The notes below the pieces were generated by a model. The model had not been told where the DNA came from. It made no database searches and saw nothing but the letters and a program-made list of their open reading frames with translations. A program made the position numbers and the translations under genes. Shown here in pieces: positions 27,746 to 34,842 of a DNA stretch of 64,000 nucleotides. Position 1 is the stretch's first letter; the number at the start of each line of letters is the position of its first letter. This DNA comes from Deltaproteobacteria bacterium (GTDB lineage Bacteria > Myxococcota_A > Polyangia > GCA-2747355 > JADLHG01): assembly GCA_020848905.1 (NCBI GenBank), contig JADLHG010000020.1:8230-72229 (forward strand), in the 5' to 3' direction.

Positions 27746-28338
27746 GCGGAAACCTCCAGTCGGGCGCGTAGCGCGCGCAGACCCAAAAAGACGCGGGAGC
27801 GCACGGTGGCCTCGGGCGCGTCGACGATCGCTCCCACCTCGGCGTACGAGAGCCCTTCGCCGAAGCGCAGCAGCACGGCCTCGCGTAGCTTGGGGGAGAG
27901 ACCCCGGAGCTCGCGGTGCACACGTTCCGTGCGTTCGCGCCGGAGGAGCGCGTCGAGCTGCTCGGCGCGGTGCGACGGCTCGTTTGCCGCCGGGGCGTCC
28001 TGGAGCACGCGCTCGCGGCGAAAGAACCCGCGACGCGCGTTGCGGCAGACGTTGCGCACGATGGTGAAGAGGTACACGGCAAACTGCCCGTCCGGCCGAT
28101 AGCGCGCCCGGGCCTGCCAGAGCCGCAGAAACGCCTCCTGGGCCAGGTCCTCGCTGCGCGCGCCGTCCCACTTGGCGCAGAAGCTCCGCACCCGTCGCTC
28201 GTGTCGCGCGACGAGCGCGGCGAAGGCCTCGCGCAACCCGGCCGCCGCGAGCTCCATCAGCTCGTCGTCGGAGCGTGCCGCGAGCCCGCCCGGTTCGGGG
28301 CGCGGAAACGGCAGCACCTTGGGCTCGAAGCCGGGCAT
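27742..28338 (-). CDS. ECF (sigma-70 family, RpoE-like) RNA polymerase sigma factor
   Basis: Region 2 and region 4 motifs (AQEAFLRLWQARARY..., FTIVRNVCRNARR, LSYAEVGAIVDAPEATVRSRVFLGLRALR). About 198 aa, typical of group IV sigma factors. Confidence 0.8.
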   Translation of the reverse strand: MPGFEPKVLPFPRPEPGGLAARSDDELMELAAAGLREAFAALVARHERRVRSFCAKWDGARSEDLAQEAFLRLWQARARYRPDGQFAVYLFTIVRNVCRNARRGFFRRERVLQDAPAANEPSHRAEQLDALLRRERTERVHRELRGLSPKLREAVLLRFGEGLSYAEVGAIVDAPEATVRSRVFLGLRALRARLEVSA

Positions 28339-28611
28339 CTAGGTACCAGAACCCCCCTAGGCCGGTTTCGTTTAGCAGGGGCGGCGTTCTTTTCCTAGGC
28401 AGGCCGCCCCGCCGGGTGTCTCGCCGCCGCCCCGTAGCCCGCACGACCCCCCGGCGCCCCTCGCCCGTCCTGGCCAGCGGCCCAGCCAGCTCCCGCCCTG
28501 CGGGTCCTCCCACGAGCCCCGCGAACTGCCTATCCTTTTCACGCCCGCCGGCCGTCGTCGGTTGGTCCAGATGTTGCTGTCTCTTGTTTGCACAGGACGC
28601 TGGCCCCACCC

Positions 28612-30285
28612 ATGCCCCGACGGTACAGACTGTTCGTACGTCTCTCCGTGGCCCTCGCGCTGCTTCTGGCGGCCGCGGTGGGTCTCGAGCGACCCAGCGC
28701 CGCCGCGGGGCCAGGCGCGCTCGCGCGACGGTTCTTCGCGGGGCTCGCCAAAGGGCGGGTGAAAGGCTCGCGCGAGCCCGGCCTCGTGCTCGCGGCCAGC
28801 CCCAGCCAGCCGGTCGTGACGTCGCTCTTCGCCGTCGCGCGCAAGGTCGCACGTGGCGGGGCGCTCCATCCGGTCGGGATCGAGCCTTTCTCGAACGACG
28901 AGCTCAGCCTGCGCGTCCCGGCCGCTGTCCAGGGACGATCGATCGTGGTGGCGCAGCCCGCGGAGGCGCGCGAGCCCTCGACGGCGCTCTTCCGCACCCT
29001 GCTCGCGGTGGCGGCGAGCCAGAGCAACCTCGCCTCCTCGGTCCACGTGGTCCTCGATCGCGGCCTCGCGAAGCGCTTCGACCCGGCCTTCGTGGCCACG
29101 CTCTTCTCCGCGCTACACGCGGACTCGCTGCGCTACGCCGATGCGCACGGCGGCCCGCTCGAGCGACTTCTGCGCCCGCTCCGCGGTTCCGCCCTGGCCC
29201 AACGCTTGGGCGTCGACGGACCCCTCGTTCCTCGGCCGGTGCACCTGCCCCGCGAGGGACGCCGTTCCAAGCGCTCGGGCAGCGCCGCTCCGCCGCTGCT
29301 CTGGAGCGGTCACGGCTACCCCGAGCTGGCGCGGGGCGTGGGCGAGGCGATGGGGCTCGCGCCGCGCTTTCTGCCGACGGAGAAGGCCTTCCAGGGCCGC
29401 CAGATCCTCCCCGAGGACCCGGCCGGCCGACGCGTCTATCTCCTGCAGACCAAGCGCCTCGGCGATCCCGAGGCCCTGCACCGGGACCTCTTCGAGGTGC
29501 TCTACGCCGCCTGGCAGGCCAAGCAGCGCGGGGCCGCCGAGGTCACTCTCGTCATGCCCTATCTGCCCTACTCGCGCTCCGATCGCATGGATACCGCCGG
29601 CACCACCGTGGGCGCCGCGGTGCTACCGCAGCTCGCGCGCGCCGTCGGCGTGGACCGCGTGGCCTTCTACTCGGTGCATCAACCCCAAGAGGTCGGCTTC
29701 TTCCTCGGGCAGAAGATCCAGGTGCTGCACGCCTCGGGGGAGGCGGTCCTCGCCCCGGCGGTGGCGCGCCATCTGAAGGCCAAGCTCACGCCGAAGGAGC
29801 TCGCCAAGCACGTACGGGTGCTCGCGCCGGATCCGGGGGCACGCAAGCGCGCGCTGGTCTTCGCGCGCCTGCTCGCCGCCGAGCTCGGCCTGCCGGAGGT
29901 CAAGGTCGTCGTGGCCGAGAAGGAGCGGCACGGCCGCGACGTGAAGACCCGCTTCACCGCGAACGTGCGCAAGGCGGTGCTCGTAGCTATCGACGACGAG
30001 ACGGCGAGCGGCAAGACCCTCGCGCAGCTCGTCGAGCCGGCGCTCGCGAAGGGTGCGACCTCGATGCTCGCCGCGGTGAGCCACCTCACGGGGCCGGCCT
30101 ACCGCCTGCTCGACAGCTCGCGGCTCGAGCGGCTCTTCGCCCTCGACACCGTGCCGCAGCCGCGCGAGCACCACGACAACGCCAAGATCGAGATCGTGAG
30201 CGTGGCCCAGGCCGTGGGCCGGCTGCTCACCACCCTGGATGGGAGAGGGGACCTCTCGAAACAGCTCTTCTGGGAGCACGAATAA
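28612..30285 (+). CDS. ribose-phosphate pyrophosphokinase (PRPP synthetase)-like protein with a Sec-type signal peptide and an N-terminal extra domain of about 190 aa
   Basis: Signal-like N-terminus MPRRYRLFVRLSVALALLLAAAVG. The C-terminal roughly 340 aa align with Prs: VYLLQT.., EVTLVMPYLPYSRSDR (compare PYFGYARQDR), AVGVDRVAFYSVHQPQEVGFF (compare VDRVLTVDLHAEQIQGFF), VLAPDPGARKRA (compare VVSPDIGGVVRA), and the PRPP loop VLVAIDDETASGKTL (compare VLVDDMIDTGGTL). Residues about 35-215 have no recognisable family. Confidence 0.7.
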   Translation: MPRRYRLFVRLSVALALLLAAAVGLERPSAAAGPGALARRFFAGLAKGRVKGSREPGLVLAASPSQPVVTSLFAVARKVARGGALHPVGIEPFSNDELSLRVPAAVQGRSIVVAQPAEAREPSTALFRTLLAVAASQSNLASSVHVVLDRGLAKRFDPAFVATLFSALHADSLRYADAHGGPLERLLRPLRGSALAQRLGVDGPLVPRPVHLPREGRRSKRSGSAAPPLLWSGHGYPELARGVGEAMGLAPRFLPTEKAFQGRQILPEDPAGRRVYLLQTKRLGDPEALHRDLFEVLYAAWQAKQRGAAEVTLVMPYLPYSRSDRMDTAGTTVGAAVLPQLARAVGVDRVAFYSVHQPQEVGFFLGQKIQVLHASGEAVLAPAVARHLKAKLTPKELAKHVRVLAPDPGARKRALVFARLLAAELGLPEVKVVVAEKERHGRDVKTRFTANVRKAVLVAIDDETASGKTLAQLVEPALAKGATSMLAAVSHLTGPAYRLLDSSRLERLFALDTVPQPREHHDNAKIEIVSVAQAVGRLLTTLDGRGDLSKQLFWEHE

Positions 30286-30311
30286 GGACGGGATCGAGGG
30301 AAAGGGAAAGG

Positions 30312-31349
30312 ATGAGGGAGATGAGACGCACGCGCTGCACCACTTCGATCGTCGCCGGGTTGCTCGCCGCGACGCTCTTCGCCGCACTGCCCGCCGGCGC
30401 GACCAAGCGCACGGGCAAGCAACCCACCGACCGTATCCTTCTGCCGCGCGTGAGCTCGGAGCGGGCGGTGCGCGAGATCGGCCAGGCGATCGTGCGCAAG
30501 GTCCTCGCCATGGGCAAATCGGGGGTGGTCCTCGGGCTCTCGGGTGGCTCGGACTCCACCGTGGTCGCCGGCATCACCAAGCGCGCCTTCGACGCCTACA
30601 ACCGGCAGAACCCGGACAAGCCGCAGCTCGAGGTGGTGGGGATGATCCTCCCCTCGAAGACCAATACGGCGCAGGACACCGCGGACGGCGTCCTCGTGGC
30701 CAAGACGCTGGGCATCCGCTACGAGGTGGCGAGCATCGAGCCGCTCGTGCGCGCCTTCAAGAAGGTCAACCGCGCGGCCATGAAGAACTCCTTCACCAAG
30801 GGGAACACCATGTCCGAGCTTCGCGCCGTGGTGCTGCACACCAAGGCGGCCTCGGACACCGACGCGCAGGGACGTAACAAGTTCGTGATCGGGACCGGCA
30901 ACCGCGACGAGGACGTGGAGACGGGCTTCTACACCCTCTTCGGGGACGGGGCCGTGCACTTCAGCCCGATCGGCAACCTCTCCAAGCGGCACGTCTTCCA
31001 GCTCGCGCGGTGGTTCGGCTTCATGGACATCGCGCGCAAGGAGCCCTGGGCGGGCCTCGAGGCGGGGCAGACGGCCTTCAAGGCGCTCGGCTATCACTAC
31101 GCCCTCGCCGAGCTCGTGAACCGCGGCGTAGAGCAGGGCTTCACCGCCGAGGTCCTTGCGCGGCAGCCCCAGGTGCTGCGCCGGGCGGGCAAGGACCTGG
31201 GCGACTACCAGAGGCTCTTTGGCGCGCCGAAGTACGCGACGGTTCGCGAGCTCGTGGACGCCATCATCTGGCGCAAGGAGCATATCGCCAAGCCCAAGGG
31301 CGAGCTCGTTCGCCCCGAGGTGGCCGGCGTCACCCTGACCTATAGGTAG
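30312..31349 (+). CDS. nadE: NH3-dependent NAD+ synthetase (NadE) with an N-terminal Sec-type signal peptide
   Basis: PP-loop VLGLSGGSDS. FVIGTGNRDEDVETGFYTLFGDGAVHFSPIGNLSKRHVFQLA aligns with E. coli NadE [40 protein letters not shown]. The N-terminus MREMRRTRCTTSIVAGLLAATLFAALPAGA/TKR is a classical n-h-c signal. The mature core aligns from about residue 30. Confidence 0.8.
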   Translation: MREMRRTRCTTSIVAGLLAATLFAALPAGATKRTGKQPTDRILLPRVSSERAVREIGQAIVRKVLAMGKSGVVLGLSGGSDSTVVAGITKRAFDAYNRQNPDKPQLEVVGMILPSKTNTAQDTADGVLVAKTLGIRYEVASIEPLVRAFKKVNRAAMKNSFTKGNTMSELRAVVLHTKAASDTDAQGRNKFVIGTGNRDEDVETGFYTLFGDGAVHFSPIGNLSKRHVFQLARWFGFMDIARKEPWAGLEAGQTAFKALGYHYALAELVNRGVEQGFTAEVLARQPQVLRRAGKDLGDYQRLFGAPKYATVRELVDAIIWRKEHIAKPKGELVRPEVAGVTLTYR

Positions 31350-31358
31350 GATCGGACC

Positions 31359-32231
31359 GTGCGGCTCAGGCGTCTCACCCTCCTCGTCGCGCTGCTCCTT
31401 TGCAGCGGCTCGCCCGCCTGGGCCAAGCTCCCGGCGGGGGCCGACGCGACGGTGCTCGTCGAGGGGGACCCGCGTACGCGCTTTCGGGTGGCGGGCCTCG
31501 ACCTCGCCTCCGGGCTGAAGCCCGGCACGCGCATCGCCCTGCTCGGGGCCTCCGTAGATCCCATCTCGCTCGCGCATCTGGTCCTCGCCGCGCTGCCGCT
31601 CGTCGATCCGGCGGTGCGCGCCCAGCTCGGCGTGGACCAGGTCTGGATCGTTCCCTCGCCGCCGCGACCGGACAAGGCCCAGCGCGTGCCGAACGGCCGG
31701 CGCTTCGCCTGGACGCGGCTCGCCGCGCGCTACCTGCGCAAGAAAGGCCTTCCGGTCTACGCCACCGACGTGGAGCTGAGGCTCGCGAAAGGCGGCTTTC
31801 GTGGCACCTATCAGCTCCTGAAGGCCCTCGAGCGGCGCTTCCCCGGGGTCGAGCTGAGCGTGATCGTGGGCGAGGACGTCTGGAACGACCTGCCCACGAG
31901 CAAGTGGCGCAACGGCCTCGGTGTGGTGCGCGAGCATTCGCTCTTCGTGGCCCTGCGGGGCGATCACGCGGACCCGAAGAAGGCCAAGGCGCGCGTGGTG
32001 AAGGAGGCGCTCGAGCGGCAGGCCCGGCAGGTGATCCTGCTCCCCGACGCCCAGGAACCGGGTCTGCGCGAGCGACTGACCCGGCTCCTGCCGCGGGGCT
32101 TCGACCTCAAGCTGCTGCCGACCCTCAGCAGCACTGCCCTGCGTGAGGCCTTCGCCCGTGGGGAGCGCTCGCCCGTCGGCGTGCTCCCCGCCGTGGCGAG
32201 AGCCATCCTGCGCGCTGGCTCCTACCGCTAG
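31359..32231 (+). CDS. NadD-like nicotinate-nucleotide adenylyltransferase homolog with a signal peptide and a degenerate HxGH motif
   Basis: Signal peptide MRLRRLTLLVALLLCSGSPAWA/K. NadD family motifs are present: IVPSPPRPDK (compare IIPNNVPPHRP), VIVGEDVWNDLPTSKW (compare IIGQDSLLTFPTW) and LSSTALRE (compare ISATIIRE). The N-terminal nucleotidyltransferase motif is LLGASVDPISLAHL instead of FGGTFDPxHxGHL, so the first His is replaced by Ser and the Gly by Ala. Confidence 0.6.
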   Translation: MRLRRLTLLVALLLCSGSPAWAKLPAGADATVLVEGDPRTRFRVAGLDLASGLKPGTRIALLGASVDPISLAHLVLAALPLVDPAVRAQLGVDQVWIVPSPPRPDKAQRVPNGRRFAWTRLAARYLRKKGLPVYATDVELRLAKGGFRGTYQLLKALERRFPGVELSVIVGEDVWNDLPTSKWRNGLGVVREHSLFVALRGDHADPKKAKARVVKEALERQARQVILLPDAQEPGLRERLTRLLPRGFDLKLLPTLSSTALREAFARGERSPVGVLPAVARAILRAGSYR

Positions 32232-32364
32232 TCTGGCCAGGGCGAGGGCCGCCCGGCACCGGCCCATCTGCTGGAAATCCATGGGCCCGAGGCCGCGCCG
32301 GAGCGGCACGGATCCTGCTGTCTATCGTGGGCAGCATCCGAACCGTGTCCTCGGGAGAAGGCCC

Positions 32365-33225
32365 ATGAAGGCTGCTCTGACCTCTGCATCGCTCTGGCTG
32401 GCCGCGCTCGCCGCGCTGCTGCCGTCGCCCGCCGTCGCGGCGCGCGAGCCGAAGCAGGGCTCGAACCGGGGCAAGCAGAGCTCGGTGGTCTCCATGCTCG
32501 GCGGCCGCTGTCCGACGAAGAACGGCGTCGTCGCGCTGCGCGAGCCGAAGCGCCACGGGAAGCGCGCGCTCCTCATCGTCGATCCCCAGAATGCCTTCAT
32601 GCCCGGGGGCGCCCTCGCCGTGAAGCACGGGGACCGCATCGTCCCGGTGGCGAACCGCCTGATGGGGCTCTTCGACCTGGTGGTGGTCTCGCTCGACTGG
32701 CACCCGGCGAACCACGGCAGCTTCGTCACCCAGCACCCCGGCAAGCAGGTCTTCGACGTGATCGATCTGCACGGCATCCAGCAGGTCCTCTGGCCCAAGC
32801 ACGCCCCGCGCGGTCGCAAAGGGTCGGACATCCACCCCGGGCTCGACCGGAAGCGCATCACGCACCTCGTGCTCAAGGGCAACGACAAGCGCGTGGACAG
32901 CTACAGCGCCTTCTACGACAACGGCCGGCGGAGCTCGACCGGGCTCGCCGCGTACCTGCGCTCGAAGGGGATCGAGGAGCTCTACGTGATGGGGCTCGCC
33001 ACCGACTACTGCGTGAAGTTCACCGTGCTCGACGCGGTGAAGGAAGGGTTCACCACGCACGTGATCAAGGCCGGCTGCCGCGGTGTGAATGCGCGGCGGG
33101 GCGACAGTGGGCGCGCGGTGAAGGCCATGAAGAAGGCCGGCGCGAAGATCCTCGGTGATGCGGCGCTCGAGGCCCTCCTCGGCGGCGCTCCGCAGGCCGC
33201 CCGAGGGAAGCGAGGTCAGCCGTGA
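32365..33225 (+). CDS. pncA: nicotinamidase/pyrazinamidase (PncA, isochorismatase family) with an N-terminal signal peptide
   Basis: RALLIVDPQNAFMPGGALAV matches E. coli PncA RALLLVDLQNDFCAGGALAV. GLATDYCVKFTVLDA provides the catalytic Cys. The N-terminus MKAALTSASLWLAALAALLPSPAVAA is a classical signal, followed by a linker of about 35 aa before the conserved core. Confidence 0.8.
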   Translation: MKAALTSASLWLAALAALLPSPAVAAREPKQGSNRGKQSSVVSMLGGRCPTKNGVVALREPKRHGKRALLIVDPQNAFMPGGALAVKHGDRIVPVANRLMGLFDLVVVSLDWHPANHGSFVTQHPGKQVFDVIDLHGIQQVLWPKHAPRGRKGSDIHPGLDRKRITHLVLKGNDKRVDSYSAFYDNGRRSSTGLAAYLRSKGIEELYVMGLATDYCVKFTVLDAVKEGFTTHVIKAGCRGVNARRGDSGRAVKAMKKAGAKILGDAALEALLGGAPQAARGKRGQP

Positions 33226-34841
33226 AGCGTACCGTTCGAAGCTCCCGCTTCTCCGTGCTCCTGGCCGCGCTCGCGCTCGTGCTCGCGCCCCTCGCTCCGG
33301 CGCAGGCGGCGCCCAAGCCCACGAACCCGACCACCGTGGGCCTCTACAAGAAGGGGGCGCTCGGGCTGCTCACCGACATGTACCAGCTCACCATGGGCTT
33401 CGGCTTCTGGAAGACGGGGCACGCCGACGACGAGGTGGTCTTCAACCTCTATTTCCGCAAGAACCCTTTCAAGGGGGGCTACGCCGTCGCCGCGGGTCTC
33501 GATACGGCGATCGATCTGGTGAAGAACTTCCGCATCACCGACAAGAACGTGGCCTACCTCTCCACGCTCAAGGGGAACGACGGCCGCCCGCTCTTCGACC
33601 GCGGCTACCTCCAGACCCTGCGCACCATGCGCTTCAACTGCGACATCGACGCTGTCCCCGAGGGGACGGTGGTCTTCCCGAACGAGCCGCTCCTGCGCAT
33701 CCGGGGCCCGCTCCTGCAGGTGCAGCTCCTCGAGACCGTGCTGCTCAACATCCTCAACTTCCAGACGCTGATCGCCACCAAGGCCTCGCGCGTCGTGCAG
33801 TCCGCCAAGGGGGACCCGGTCCTCGACTTCGGCCTGCGGCGCGCGCAGGGCTTCGACGGGTCGCTCTCCGCCTCGCGCGCCTGCTACCTCGCGGGCGCGG
33901 CCGGCACCTCGAACGTCGCCGCCGGCGAGCTCTTCGGCATCCCCGTCAAGGGCACGCACGCGCACAGCTGGGTCATGTTCCATCCGACCGAGGTGGAGGC
34001 CTTCGAGAACTACTCCCGCGTGATGCCCAATAACTCGGTCTTCCTGGTCGACACCTACGACACGCTGAACGGGGTGAAGAACGCGATCACCGTGGCCAAG
34101 CGCCTGCGCAAGCGCGGGCACGAGGCCCTCGGCATTCGCCTCGATTCGGGAGACCTCGCGAAGCTGAGCAAGAAGAGCCGCACCATGCTGGACGAGGCGG
34201 GCTTCCCGCAGGCCTTCGTCTCGGCCTCGAACGACCTCGACGAGCATGAGATCGCCGCGCTCAAGAAGCGCGGGGCGAAGGTCAACGTCTGGGGTGTGGG
34301 CACGAAGATGATCACCGCCTTCGACCAGCCCGCGCTCGGCGGCGTCTACAAGCTCGCCGCCGTGCGCCGCCCCGACGGCACCTGGGAGCGCAAGATCAAG
34401 CTCTCCGAGACGCCCGAGAAGACCTCCACCCCCGGCATCCTGCAGGTGCGCCGCTTCATGAAGGACGGCAAGTTCCTCGGCGACATGATCTGGGACCTCC
34501 TGAGCCCGCCCAAGGACCAGGGCCGGATGGTGAGCTACGCCGATGCGAGCCGCGTGACCCGCTTTGCCGGCGCCACGCACCAGGACCTGCTCGTCCCCGT
34601 CTTCCGGCGGGGCAAGAACGCCGCGCGCTTCGTGATGCGGCAGCTCCCGCTCGAGCAGGAGCGCGCCTACTGCCGCACGCAGCTCGAGGCGCTCCGCCCC
34701 GGGGTGAAGCGCCTGACCAAGCCGACCCCGTACAAGGTGGGCATGGAGCTCGGCCTGAATCAGGTGCGGCAGGAGCTCATGGCCAACGCGCGGTCCACGC
34801 AGGGTGCGAGCAGCCCGCGCACGCCGCGTCGCGTGAAGTAG
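33222..34841 (+). CDS. pncB: nicotinate phosphoribosyltransferase (PncB, NAPRTase family) with an N-terminal signal peptide
   Basis: The GTG start overlaps the pncA stop (GTGA). NAPRTase N-terminal motif LLTDMYQLTMGFG. Family-typical ...SRAC..AGAAGTSNV..., FGIPVKGTHAHSWVM and VDTYDT. Signal peptide MKRTVRSSRFSVLLAALALVLAPLAPAQAA. Confidence 0.8.
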   Translation: MKRTVRSSRFSVLLAALALVLAPLAPAQAAPKPTNPTTVGLYKKGALGLLTDMYQLTMGFGFWKTGHADDEVVFNLYFRKNPFKGGYAVAAGLDTAIDLVKNFRITDKNVAYLSTLKGNDGRPLFDRGYLQTLRTMRFNCDIDAVPEGTVVFPNEPLLRIRGPLLQVQLLETVLLNILNFQTLIATKASRVVQSAKGDPVLDFGLRRAQGFDGSLSASRACYLAGAAGTSNVAAGELFGIPVKGTHAHSWVMFHPTEVEAFENYSRVMPNNSVFLVDTYDTLNGVKNAITVAKRLRKRGHEALGIRLDSGDLAKLSKKSRTMLDEAGFPQAFVSASNDLDEHEIAALKKRGAKVNVWGVGTKMITAFDQPALGGVYKLAAVRRPDGTWERKIKLSETPEKTSTPGILQVRRFMKDGKFLGDMIWDLLSPPKDQGRMVSYADASRVTRFAGATHQDLLVPVFRRGKNAARFVMRQLPLEQERAYCRTQLEALRPGVKRLTKPTPYKVGMELGLNQVRQELMANARSTQGASSPRTPRRVK

Positions 34842-34842
34842 T

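Noticed and set aside
28275-31349. 1,024-aa plus-strand ORF spanning the divergent promoter, the Prs-like gene (other frame) and nadE
   Set aside because: Only the last roughly 345 aa (from ATG 30312) are NadE. The upstream 680 aa are an Arg/Pro/Gly-rich read-through in a different frame from the Prs-like gene and run across the intergenic region.
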